Notes under the pieces: generated by a model | The model's input: the letters and a program-made list of their open reading frames with translations, nothing else | The model's database searches: none | Told to the model about the DNA's origin: nothing | Shown: one piece after another, positions 25,509 to 37,700 of the stretch | How the letters are laid out: the number at the start of each line of letters is the position of its first letter | Position numbering within the stretch: position 1 is the stretch's first letter | Program-made: the position numbers and the translations under genes | Assembly: GCA_031835245.2 (NCBI GenBank) | Contig: JAVKOQ020000095.1 | Span: forward strand, 62,001-126,000 | Direction of reading: 5' to 3' | From: Balamuthia mandrillaris | Lineage: Eukaryota | Length of the DNA: 64,000 nucleotides

Positions 25509-26104
25509 ATGAAAGCAGCACTAAGACTACAAACGCCGACGACTGCCGGTCCGTTCGTTTTGCGCAGGCTGGCCGGTGGTGGAGGACAAAGGCATGCCAT
25601 ACGAGCAAAGTCGTATCACAGCGTCGGCAGCGTCCCTTCTCTGCTACCTCGGAGGCCTCTCCCAAGCGTTTTGAGCCCAACCCGCTCCAACAACAACAGC
25701 TTTCAATCACCTCTCCTCCTCGTCCAACAGCAACCACAACAGCCACCGCGCTTCACAAGAAGCTTTTCTACTGCCGGAACACCGCCACCGCAACCAACTA
25801 CCAGAAAGGAACGCATAGAAGCCATTCTCACTGCCCAATTGCAGCCCACTCGCCTGGAGGTCATCGCCACTGCTGGTACACGCACCTTCCTCTGCTTCTC
25901 CTCTTTCTCTTTCCCTTCCTCTGATGCTTTTCTTTGTTTTGTTACAAAGAGGGTTGTCCAGGAGGCTCGGTGACGGTCATCGTGGAGTCGACGGCATTCA
26001 AAGACCTAAACCTGCTGAAACAGCACCGCCTGGTGAAGGACTTGGTCAAGGACGAGATCCAGGACGTGCACGCTTTCCGTGTGCAAACCTCACTCCCCAA
26101 ATAA
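25509..26104 (+). CDS. BolA-family protein with a mitochondrial-type presequence (2 exons)
   Basis: Arg/Ser-rich leader, then IEAILTAQLQPTRLEV...GCPGGSVTVIVESTAFKDLNLLKQHRLVKDLVKDEIQDVHAF. Confidence 0.88.
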
Positions 26105-26189
26105 AAGGCAAGCAATCAAACAAACACACACAAAAACAAAGAGACTTCTCTTGTGTTTGTGTGATGTTAACGGTAATGGAGTTTTCCTT

Positions 26190-26450
26190 TGAGTGAACCC
26201 CAAGCACTATATAGGGTTTCTGCATTTGGCGTTTCGGGTGGATAAGGAGAACGCTCGGAGCTCAACCGTAATGTCAAAAAGCAGAGGCATCTGACGGCAC
26301 GCTTTGCTGGGCATACCCACCGAATTCGAGAGCTCAACATTTCCATTGAGGTTGAACTCTTTTGGTGGTCACATGCACAGTTTCAGCTGGCAATGATCAG
26401 GCCATTTGAACCAAACTCTGGCGAGGAAACGTTACCAAACCGACTCTGCC
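26190..26450 (-). ncRNA. Candidate structured non-coding RNA (unassigned)
   Basis: Complex-sequence, microsatellite-free segment with no convincing ORF. It contains a long hairpin whose mismatches resolve as G-U only on the minus strand, and a GTCGAC/TGTCCGC motif cluster lies upstream at 26568-26630. Confidence 0.3.
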
Positions 26451-26885
26451 ACTCCCTTTCTTTCTTTTCTTTTTTTTTTTTTTTTGTTTCCTTCCAGTGC
26501 AGCAAAACAGCGGAGCAAAGGCGGAAGCGGTCGGTCTTCAGGGCTGCGGCTAAAGAGAGACCTGAATGTCGACAGCAATCTTTTTGTCTACACATATTCC
26601 ATTGTCCGCAAATAATCCTTTGTCTACAAGAAAACAAATACCTTCAACAGGTCGGGTCCCCATGTCACCAGCCATGGATTTAAAGGACACTTTTGATTTG
26701 TTGGTCGCCCACCTCCGTTTTCCCTCCCCCATGCAAGAATAATTTTAAGTCACGCGGAAAAAGAAAAAGAAAAGAAGAGAGACGAAAAAGACCAAGCAAG
26801 TAGTGCTCCCCTCCTAGGCCTTGCCTTTATTATTATTTTTTTTTTTTCGGCGCCTCTGGACAAGAAGAACAGCAAGAGAAAAGAG

Positions 26886-28137
26886 ATGACGATCATCTAC
26901 TCGTTGGTGGCAAACGGATCGACCGTTCTGGCGGAGTACTCCCCCAACACGGGCAATTTCATGGACATTGCCCGCCAGCTCCTGAGGGAGATCCCTCTTC
27001 ACAAGCACAGAAAGTCTTATGCTGCTCAAAAGTACGAATCTTTTCCCCCCTTTTTTTTTCTTTCTTCTTCCATCCTCTTGCTTTCTTCTTTAAACAGAAC
27101 TGCTTGCTCTCTACTTTTTTCTCATTAAAATTATTTGCTTTTTTTTTCTGCTCTCTACTTTTTTCCTCATCAAAATGACTTTTTTTGAATCGCATTCAAA
27201 TGTCTTATTTTTCTTTTCTCTTTGTTTATTTTTTTTAAAAAAACCGATAGTACTATTTTCCACTACATGGTTGATGATGGGGGCCTCATCTTTCTTTGCA
27301 TGGCCGACGCGGACAGCGGCCACAGGATCCCCTTCTCCTTCCTGGAGGACATTCGCTCCCGCTTCACCAGCCAGTTTGGCAGGGCTGGCTATCAGACTGC
27401 CACGGAGAACTCCCTCGACGATGCCTTCTCCAGAACTTTGCAGCAGCAGATGGTTTGTTCCTCTCGTTTTCATTCTCGTTCTCTGTTTTCTCTTCTCGTT
27501 CTCTCGTTCTCCTCTATTCTGTGCGCTCTATATTTGCTCGTCTTATAGGCTCACTATCCTGCTTTTAATTCGCTTTCGATCCTTGTTAAATACATATACA
27601 GCACTTCTTCAACACGGACAAGGAAGCGGATCAGATCAGACGTGTTCGAGGAGAGATTGATGCCGTGAAAGAAGTGATGGTGCAAAACATCGATAAGGTA
27701 CTTGAGAGAGGCGAAAAGATTGAAGTACTGGTGGACCAAACGAACAAGCTCCAAAGCAAATCCTACACATTCAAGAAGAAGAGTACCACTCTCAAGCGGT
27801 ATGTTGCTCTCACCTCTTCTCTTTTGTGCTTCTCTTTTTTTCCTGCCTCCTCCTCTCTCTTTGTCTCTATCTCCGCTCTCCTGATGTTTGTATTCTGCCT
27901 TCAACAAATAGCCAACTGTGGTGGAAGAACGTGTACTTGTGTGGTTGCATCATTGCCTGCATTGTGGTACGTTCTCTCTTTTCTCTTTCTCTATTGTCTC
28001 GTTCCTTCTTTTGCGGTTCTTTGGTTTCTTTTCATAATCGTATTCTGTAAACAATCATATTAAAAACAAACAAACAGATAATAGTCGCCGTGATACTTCT
28101 AATCATTCTTTGGAAGCTGGGCGTGTTCAAGAAGTAA
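26886..28137 (+). CDS. VAMP7-like longin R-SNARE (5 exons)
   Basis: Longin domain MTIIYSLVANGSTVLAEY...RIPFSFLEDI, SNARE motif VKEVMVQNIDKVLERGEKIEVLVDQT, LWWKN, and a C-terminal TM helix. Confidence 0.92.
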
Positions 28138-28525
28138 AATGGAAAGCCCTTATTTTCGTCTTCCCTTTCTCTCTCTCTCTCTCTCTCTGATTTGTTTTCT
28201 CTTATACTACTGTAACCGTTCACTCTGTTCTTGACATCTTTTTTTTCAATCCAATTTATTTTTAAACGCAACCTCTTTTATTTTTTCAATCTTCGTTTTT
28301 ATTGTTGGTGTTGTTGTTCTTCCTCTTCCTGTTCTTGCCTCTTTTTTTTTTTTTTCTTTGCTATTTGGATTTCTGTCGACAACATTAGGATAACAAATTT
28401 AGGTGTGGAAGCGGAAAAAAGAGAAAACCGGTTCAAGCAAAAAGGGGAACCGAAAGGACGACAGCAAAGCAACGGAATACTTCATTGCACGCTTCTAGGA
28501 AGGAACAATAGAGCAACAAAAACAA

Positions 28526-28924
28526 ATGCTGAAACGATTTGCAACGCCATCAATATCATCATCAGCATTACTTCTGCTTCTTCCTGCGATCTGCTTTCTT
28601 CTTCTGTTTCTTTTCGTTGAAACTACGAAAGGAGGATCCATCGTGACGACCTGCCAAGACTGCGGGGTGGAGAGCTTTGAAAACTTTGTGCGGTTCACCT
28701 TGCAGCAGAAGCTCCCTAAGGGGAACTATATCGGGGTAACGGTGGCCGATGTCAACGGTGACCTCTACCCGGACGCTTTGGTCTTTCGAGAGGCGAGCCC
28801 TCCGTTGCTCTATCTCAACCTTGCTGATGGAACCGGAAGCCTCAATACTTCAAGTGCGTTTTCTTCTTCTTTTTCTTCTACTTCTACCCCTCCTCCTCCT
28901 ATTTTTTATTGTCACATCGTTCTG

Positions 28925-28957
<33 letters not shown>

Positions 28958-31636
28958 GTTTTTGCACATGTTCTGAATATTAAAATAACAAACTTTTTTT
29001 TTTAAAAAACAGCCATCGAACCGATTGCGGGATTTGGCAGCAGAGGACTGCTCAAGGACTTTGACGGGGATGGCTTTGCCGACATCCTCACCAGTGGCCG
29101 AGCCATCTTTTGGGGAGACGGCACGCTCCACTATGATTCAAAAAACATTTTGCAATGGGGAGAGGAATTGGGGTTGACAGGATTGCAAGTGGGCGCTTTC
29201 GTGGCCTATGATTTCGATGGAAATGGCCTGCTGGACATCTTGGCCACGAGCAATAACTACCAGACGGCGGACGAGCGGAGCGTCATTCTGTTGAACCAGG
29301 GAGGACGAAAGTTTAGCTTGGGACCCACGTTTTCTGGAAGGGCAACATTTAGTGCTGCTTTGGTATAGCTTTCGTTTCCGTTTTTTATTTTTCGTCCTAT
29401 TTCTGTTCGTTGTCTTCTTTTGTTTTGTTTACTCTTTTAACATGAATGACAAACAAAAGGGAGACTTGGATGGAAATGGAATTGTAGACATTGTGTTTGC
29501 GGAGAACACAGAAGATCCAAGTCGAGCTATTTTTGGTGTTAGTCGTGATCCCCTCGTCTTTAAGGAGGGACCGGTCTTCCAGTCTCCTGGCAAACAAGCG
29601 GATGCCGTAATATCCATCTCCTTCATCTTGCTTTCTTTCTTGTTTGTTTCTTTCCATCGTTTTTATTGCTGTTAACCTCTTCCTTTTAAACAACAAACCA
29701 AACAGGCAATGGTGGACTTTGACAGGGATGGAGACTTGGATGTTGTCCTTGCGAGCAGATGGAACGACCAAACCACCATTTGGAGGAATAACGGTCGTGG
29801 AGAGTTTCCTCTGGATGATAAGATAGATCTCGTACGCCATTCTTATGCTCCTTTCCATTTCATTCTTTACTCTTTTGTCTTTTCTCATTCCTGTGCCTAC
29901 TTTAAAAGGGCGCCTTTCGAGCATGGACAGTAGTTGCGGAAGACATGAACGGCGACCAATGGCCAGACCTTGTTATTGGCACCGGCAACTACGGCACTCA
30001 AGTCCTTCTCATGAATGAACGCGGCACCTTTCGTCCTCCCGTAGAATTCCCTAAGGATGCCAAAGATACGGTCGGGAGAGCTATAGGCGTGGCTGACTTC
30101 GATGCCAACGGAAGTCCTGACATCTTCTTTGCCAACCAACGGAACGGAGGAGGATCCAAACAGAGCGAACTGTGGGTGAGCAACTGTATGTGCAGTCAAA
30201 CGGTGGACAGTTTGTATGACTTTGATGAAGGGATGGTGGCCTTTCCAGAACGTTTCAACCGGATAGTCTCTCCTTCTTCTCCTGGATCGTCTGTTTCTTC
30301 GTCGAGCGAAGGATGGTGGTTTTCTTCTTCATCTTCTTCTTCTTCTTCATCAGATGACAACAACGAAGAGTCGAAAGAAGAACAGTCGGTCACGACTTTT
30401 ACGAACACAACCCCTTCTTTCCGGGTTGGACCGTTTAACCCTAATAGCAACAATAACTCTTCTGATTCTTCCTTTGACTTTGCTGAAAGTAGCAGCTTCA
30501 ATGAGAGCGCCCCAACGTCTGCAATGTCGCTAAACTCTTTCTTCTTGACCATCAGTGAAGTCACTCCCAACAACTCTCTTACTATTCCAGAACGTACTCT
30601 TCACATTCCCACTGCTGGGTACTCCTTCTTCACCTACAAGAAGCAAGGCATCACCCGCTTAGCCTTTCAAATCTCGGGCCTGCACCTTAGCGACAACGAT
30701 GACGAAGAAGGAGAAGGAGAAGGAATCAGCTTGTTTTGGGAGTTTATTCTACCCAAAGAGGATGGAACTGTTTTGGAAGGAGGGGTGGAATTTCTGTTGA
30801 AGGCCAACACGACGCGATGGAGCATGACCGTGGCGGGGTGGCCCTTCCTCTCACCCAACAATCGACTTCGGGTGGCGGTGAGGCTTCAAGGAGATCGTGG
30901 TCATTTCTATGAAGCACCAGACGAAGATGAAAGCAGTTATGAAGAAGCCGAAAGTGATGAAGAAGAGGAAGAAGTGCATGGAAGGAGCACAAACGTGTTG
31001 AAGACAGAGGGATGGAAGGTGATGGTAAGTACAAGTACTTATGCAGCTGTGGGAAATTCTTCGTTAACGAATGGAAATGGAGAGGAAGAAAGATGGAGAG
31101 TGGATGGCGTGGTTAGCTCCTGGAATGCAGATGACCAGGTCATCTACTTCTTTGTTACTCTTCACAACAACACGGTAGAAGAAGGTAGCGATGAAGAAGA
31201 AGATGGAGAGGTGGAATCATCGTCTTTATCTTCCTCATCTTCCTCATCATCTTCGGGCGAAACACCGCCGCCACCTCCAAAAGAACGACCCAAGTACAAA
31301 GGACCCAAAGTCACATTCGACTCTTTCATCAAAGTGGGCAGAGACAACAAGAAAGGAGGGGATGATGGAGGTAATGATGGCCATAGCAGCAGCTCGGAGG
31401 AGGATGACGGCAAGCTAGCCCAGCTGCTCTCCACCAAGAGCGGAGACCTGACCATGATCCTGACCATCGTGCTGCCCACCATCGCGGTGGTGGTGATTGT
31501 TGCCATAGTGGCGGGCACCATCTGGCTGGTGAGGAGGAGGAGGGTGAGCAGGAAAAAGTGCGTCCGGCAGCTGACGGCCAGCATGTCCTCACGGCCTGTG
31601 TCCTCCGCTGCACAAAACCCATTGTTTGTAAATTAA
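28526..31636 (+). CDS. Type I membrane protein with FG-GAP/VCBS-like DxDxDG repeats and an NPxF cytoplasmic tail
   Basis: Signal-peptide-like N-terminus; seven Ca-binding-type loops (DVNGDLYPD, DFDGDGFAD, DFDGNGLLD, DLDGNGIVD, DFDRDGDLD, DMNGDQWPD, DFDANGSPD); TM helix ILTIVLPTIAVVVIVAIVAGTIWLV; RRRR; ends AQNPLFVN. Confidence 0.85.
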
Positions 31637-31834
31637 AACCCACCTTGGTTTTTTTTGTGTTTTAAAGTTTAACTAAGAGATAATAGTTTTTTTGTGTTTT
31701 ATCGTTTTAATTTTAAAATTGTTTTTATCGACAAGAATATTTCAGCAAATTATTAGTTGTTGTTGATAATCTCGATAGGATTTGATTATCTGTCGATATT
31801 TTGGATATATCGACACTGTTATTTTCAGGATGAA

Positions 31835-31942
31835 AACATGTGAAGTATGTGTCGACAAATAGATTTAAGGTGATTAACATGTAAAGTATGTGTCGACAAA
31901 TAGATATAAGGAGATGAATATGTAAAGTATTCGTCGACAAAA
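31835..31942. repeat. 41-bp tandem repeat (about 2.6 copies), each unit carrying GTCGACAAA, just upstream of the KLHDC4 ATG
   Basis: Units start at 31835, 31876 and 31917: AACATGTRAAGTATGTGTCGACAAATAGATWTAAGGWGAT. Confidence 0.85.
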
Positions 31943-31994
31943 GAAAAGAAAAAAGAATAAAGAAAAAAGAAAAAAAAGAAAAAAAGAAAAAAAA

Positions 31995-32733
31995 ATGGGA
32001 AAAAGAAACAAAAGAAAGACTTTAGCCAAGAAGAGGGGAGTGGAGAAGAAGGCCAAGAACCCCAACAAAGAGCTCCAAAAGGCCCAGAAGAAGGCCCAAA
32101 AGGGGCGACAGAAGGATGAGGACGACCTCGACAAGCTGCTGGCCTCCTTCAAGGCGCAGGACCTGGCGGAGGCGGCGGTGAAGGCGGAGCGCGCGGAGGG
32201 CGGCCGCCCCAAAGGCCGCAACAACTTCTCCATGGTGGCCCACCCCAAGAAGAAGGAGCTCTTCCTCTTTGGCGGGGAGAGCTACTTTGGCGGCAGGGAG
32301 ACCTACCACAGGGACGTCCACCGCTTTGTCATCAACAAGGACGAGTGGTACACGATCACCAGCAATAGGAGCCCCCTGCCGCGCGCCTCCCACCAGTGCG
32401 TGGTCGTCAGCGTGCACAACGGGCACTTTATGTACATGTTTGGAGGGGAGTTTGCCAACCCTGGTTTGTCCCGCGCACGCTTTTTTTTTGTCTGTCCCTT
32501 TGCTCTTCTTGCGCTGTTCGTTGTTTACGCTCTTTGGTCTTCTCTCACTCTCTCTCTCTCCTCCATGCTCTCTCTCACTCACTCTCGCTCTGCTTTCACT
32601 GCTCTTTGGTCTTCTCTCGCTCTCTCGCTCTCTCGCTCTCTCACTCCCTCACTCTCTCGCTCTCTCGTTCCTGTCTATCCTCTCTTCTTGTGTCTCTCTC
32701 TCTTCTCTCTCTTCTGTTTTCTCTGCTTCTCTT

Positions 32734-32774
<41 letters not shown>

Positions 32775-33064
32775 AAACAAAAAACATAAAAACCACAACA
32801 AACAAATAACATAACAAAAGGAGGAGACAAGTTTCGTCACTTCGGAGACTTGTGGCGAATGGACCTACAAACCTATGAATGGGAGGAGCTGAATAGCGGC
32901 AACCAAAAGCAACAACCAGGGCCTAGCCCTCGTTCCGGCCATCGCATGGCCGTTTGGAAGCAGTACATTGTCCTCTTTGGTGGTTTTTATGATACCTATA
33001 CCACCACCAAATACTACAATGACGTTAGTGTTATCCCTTCCTTAATCTTCTTTCTTTTTCACTC

Positions 33065-33104
<40 letters not shown>

Positions 33105-34582
33105 TTTGCTGACAAATGTAGCCAAAAAACCAAGTTATGGTTATGGGATCTCCACAACGCCCGTTGGCATGAAGTCAAGTTTGGCCCACGAACAGAGATG
33201 CCCGCTCCTCGCTCCGCCTGCCCTCTCTCCGTGTGGGAGGACACTCTCTATGTCTTTTTCGGCTATTCGAAAGAAGTGAAGTCTTCTTCCTCTTCGTTTC
33301 TCCCTTCAAACACGCAACAACGAAAGAAAGGAGGAAAGAAAGGAGCCGATGAAGATGAGTTGGAAGATAGCTCCGTTGGAATCATTCACAGTGATGTTTG
33401 GTCTGTTAATTTGGTGGCTCCAACAACAAGCGAAGAAGAAAAGGGAGAAGAGAGCAAGAAGCAGACCCAAAGTGCTCCCAAATGGACCAAGCTGAAGAAT
33501 AAGGGGGTGGTGCCGTCTCTTCGGGTTGGCTTTTCGATGTGCACTCACAAGAAGAATTGCGTCTTCTTTGGTGGAGTGTAAGTTCTCTTTTTCTTGTTCT
33601 TCTCTTTCGTTTCGACTAATTACACTTGCTTTTATTTGTTCAAGGCATGATGACCCAGATGACGGAACGAGCACTTTTTACAACGACCTGTACGCTCCTT
33701 TTTATACTTGTCCATTCCCTCTCCCTCTCCCTCTCCCTCTCTCCCTCTCCTCTCCCTCTCCCTCTCCCTCCCTCTCCCTCTCCCTCTCCCTCTCCCTCTC
33801 CCTCCCTCTCTCCTCTCCCTCTCCCTCTCCCTCTCCCTCTCCCTCTCCCTCTCCCTCTCCTCTCCCTCTCCCTCTCCCTCTCCCTCTCCTCCCTCTCCCT
33901 CTCTCTCCCTCTCCCTCTCCCTCTCCCTCTCCCTCTCCCTCTCCCTCTCCCTCCCTCTCCCTCTCCCTCTCCCTCTCCCTCTCCCTCTCCCTCTCCCTCT
34001 CCCTCTCCCTCTCTCCCTCCCTCTTTCCCTTTCCATCTCCGTGTTTCTTTGCAGCTTACCAACTCACCAACTTGTAGTTACTTGTTCAACATGAGCAATC
34101 AACGTTGGAGCCCCTTGCCTCTCCTCGCCTCCAAAACTCAGCAACAACAATCCCACAACAAATCGTCTGACGACGAGGAAGAAGCCCAAGCAAAGGAGGA
34201 AGAAGAAAGTGAGGAAGAGGAAGAAGCACACCAAGAGGACCCATCTCCGTCCGCTGCCGCGAATGCAGACGAGCTGATCGCTCCTGCGGGCCGCTTCAAA
34301 GCGCAAACCTGCGTCATCAACAACACGATGTACCTGTTTGGTGGCGTGATGGAGCACAACAAGAAGGAGTACTACTTTGACGATCTGTACAGCTTGGACC
34401 TGCAGAAGCATCGAAAGTTTGAGCAGCTGGCGGGTTGGTCGCAAGCGGAAACTGTGGGCCGTCGTATGAAGAAAGACGAGGAGGAAGAAGAGGACAGTGA
34501 TGAAGACAGCGAAGAAGAAAGCGAAGAAGAAGAAAGCGAAGCGGAAGAAGGAGAAGGAGAAAAAGGAAAAGAAGTTATTTGA
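31995..34582 (+). CDS. klhdc4: Kelch domain-containing protein 4-like
   Basis: Basic N-terminus MGKRNKR..., ELFLFGGE, PLPRASHQ, MFGGEFA, PSPRSGHRM, LFGGFYD, acidic tail. Confidence 0.88.
33716..34030. repeat. (CTCTCC)n intronic microsatellite
   Basis: About 300 bp pure pyrimidine hexamer repeat in a KLHDC4 intron. Confidence 0.95.
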
Positions 34583-34785
34583 ATAGTTTCTTTTCATTCA
34601 GAAAGAAAGAAAGAAAGAAAGCAACAAGAGAGAAGGAAAAAAAGTCATTCACACAAACAAAAACAAACAAAAAAAAGCGCAGCAAGCGATATATACAACA
34701 AATCAAACAAGGATTGCTTCTCTCCTCCTTTTTTCTTCCTTTCTTCCTTCTCTTTCTTTCTTTCTTTCTTTCTTCTGGCTTTTTT

Positions 34786-37700
34786 TTAGACCTGCGTGAT
34801 GGTAACTTCGTAGAATTTCGTTCCCATATCTTTATGGTAGGGATTCTGTCTACGTGCCTATTATTATTTTTTTGTGTGTGAGCATGCAACGAGAGAAGAG
34901 AGGGAGAGAAGGAAGAGAGGGAGAGAGAGAGAGAGAGAGAGAGAGAAACGTACAGCAACTTGCTCGACAATTTCAATGATTTGGCCAAGAACAGCAGCTC
35001 TCTTTCGTCTGTTTGTTTGTTTGTTGTTTGTTTTTTTTTTGTCATATTAGAAATAAACGTTAAGAAAAACAAGAGGGAGATAAAGAGAGAGGGAGAGGAA
35101 GGAAGGAGAAGCCATCACATACCGTTCGTCAGGAAACATGGATAAAGACTCTTCGCTTAGCATATAGTTTGGCGCGTTCCTGTTGAATGCCTCATAGTGA
35201 CCCAAGTCGTTCGGCAAGAACAGTGCCAGATCGTCCACTTTAAAACTGTTGAATTTCAAATTCGTTATAAAAACAGGAAGAAAGAGACACAGAAAGAAAA
35301 CGACAACTTTTTTAAGGAAAAAAAAAGAGATAGAAAACGTACTCTTGGTAAGCAATCTTATGCGACTGATTGTCGGCGAGAGCGATGACCTGCTGCTGCA
35401 AAGCGACAACTTGCTCCTCCAGCTCCTTCCTGGTGCTCATGTACTCCGCATTGGTTATGTTCAGCACGTTGATCGTCCCTTTGAGTTCGTGAATCTTGTT
35501 TTCCGCCTCTTTCAACTATTATCAAACATAAATAAATAAATGACAGAGAAACGAAGGAAAGAGACGAAAAGAAGAAGTTAAAAACCTTTTCGACCGCTCG
35601 AAGCAGTTCTTGTTGTGTGTTGTGCAGTTGACGTTCTTGATGAGCGCTGTTTAACAACATCTCTGCTTGTGAGGTTGCTTTAGAAGAGGAAGAGGAAGAG
35701 GGGGTTGCGGGAGCCGAGTGTTTTCGAAGATGTTTTCTGGTTTTGTGTGGTTGGAAGAAAGAAGCAGAAGAGGAAGTAGAAGCAGAAAGCGAGATGGATT
35801 CATCACCTTCCATTTCTTCTTCATTCTCTTCAAAGTCTTCAACATTTAGTTGTTTTTGTTGCTCTGTATCAGTTGTTTCTGTTTCTTCTATCTCATCGAT
35901 TGGGCTCATGAGCGCTAATGATGTTTTTCTTCCCCGAATCGAAGACGAAGATGATGAAGAATAAGCAAAAGAAGGCGGCGTGGAAGTAGAGGTCAAAGAA
36001 ACCGGCAACGAAGCCAACGCCGGCGTCGACGTCGATCGAAACGGTTTCATCTTCCCACTTCCGCTTGCACTCAAACCTTCTCCTTTTTCTCTTCCATCAC
36101 TTCCGTCTGCAACTTTTCGTTTGCCTTCCTCATACTGAGACAAGACTTGCAAGATCTTGTGCTTCTCTGCCGCTTTCTTGGCTTTGATTTGTTGAACGAG
36201 TTTCTGCGTTTTGCGCTTCTCCGCATCGACCCGCGCCAGTGCTGCCTCCAAACTTGCGCTCTGCGCCTCTTTGGCAGCGATGGCTTCGGCTTTCTCTGCC
36301 AAAGCGCGATGCAACTGCTCTTCTAGTTGTTGAACGAGTTGTTGCTGTTCGTTCTTCTTTTGGTTAAGCTGTTGTTCTCTTTCTTCTTGCTCTTCTTCCA
36401 AGCGGCGAAGGAGTTGTTTGCGTTCAGAGTCATTGAAAGAGAGAAGATCTGATTGGGCGGCATACGCTTGTTGGAGTTTTGTGAGTTCAGTTTTAAGCTT
36501 TTCTATTTCTTCTTCGCGTTCTCTTTCTCTTTCTCGTTGGATTTGTTTTTCTTCGCTTTCTTTCTCTTCTTGTTCTTGTTGCTGCTGTTGTGATGTTGTT
36601 GCTGGCAGAGGAGTGAAAGAAGAAGAAGGGGAAGAAGAAGAAGTTGGAGAAGAGAGAGTAAACGAACGAAGGGAATTAGAAGATAGGTTTTGACTTGAGG
36701 CTGCAGAGAGTTGCATTTGCAGCTGCGAAACTTGTCGATAAGTTCTAGAGAGCTTTTCCTCCAAAGCTAGTATGCGTTGTTTGTAGGCGGCTTCGCTTTG
36801 TTCTAACAATTTCACTCGTTCGCCTGCGTGGCTTGTTGATGAAGCTTGCTCCTCCTCTTCAAGTTTCTGTAACTTAGTGACCTGCTGCCGGAGACGTTCG
36901 TTCTCTTCTTCTAATTCACGTAGAGCGAGTTGCTGACTTTTATCTGATTTGTAAAGTTATTTGTTAATGTCTTTGCAGTTTCTCTCTTTGCTCATGTAGT
37001 CTTACCTGTAGCATCAGGAAGAGGATAATCTTTGTCTGGCGGTTGCAATAAATGGCGGAACAAAGGAGGTAGATTCTCGTAGACAAACGCCACTGCAGAG
37101 GAAGACACTTGTGCAGCGTCGAGAACAGGCAAACTTCGATCGAACGGGATGTACTTGATACCTTTGTCGAATGGAGGGAGCGGCTCTGTGAGTCCTGGCA
37201 CCAAATTCTTGGGGATGTATCTTCCAAACTTTGACAAAAATCTACAAAAAAAGAATGAGAAAAGAACTGGAAAAAGTAATAAAGAGTAAAAAAAAACTTA
37301 CAGTTGTCTTTCGCGAATTTCTTGCTCTTCCAACTTCTTCAAAGCTGAACGGAAGCGATTAAAAGCCTCCTGAAGAATGTCAGCAAAGACTTTGCGTCGA
37401 CCCACTTCCTCCATCGAAGCTGCGTAAGCCTCTGGCAAATACTTGACATAGACAAGCTGAGCAAAAGCCTGTTTCTGTCGACTTAGCGCCTCACGAAAGA
37501 CAATCACTTTGTTTGCAACGTCTCTTATGTTGGATTGCAACACTGATATTCTTTGCAAACGCATGTGGACGCACTGAGATAGCCGAGTCTATTAATTTTT
37601 AAAAAAGACAATAAATGGGTCAAATAAAACAAGACAAGCGAAAAAAAGAGAAAAGGGAAGAGAACCGAGAAAGTATACCTTAGAATCAGCGCAAGCATTC

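Noticed and set aside
24845..25924. 359-aa plus-strand ORF
   Set aside because: Chance read-through of the antisense of F-box exon 1, the promoter, and an off-frame part of BolA.
26205..26222. AAACCCTA on the minus strand as a telomerase RNA template
   Set aside because: Only about one repeat unit, placed near the putative 3' end, with no recognisable pseudoknot; insufficient support.
31835..31942. Repeats here and at 40165-40273 as CRISPR-like arrays
   Set aside because: The first is a plain tandem repeat without spacers; the second has only 10-nt repeats. Eukaryotic context with no cas genes.
33632..34094. RG/RE/PL/SP dipeptide-repeat ORFs
   Set aside because: Translations of an intronic (CTCTCC)n microsatellite.
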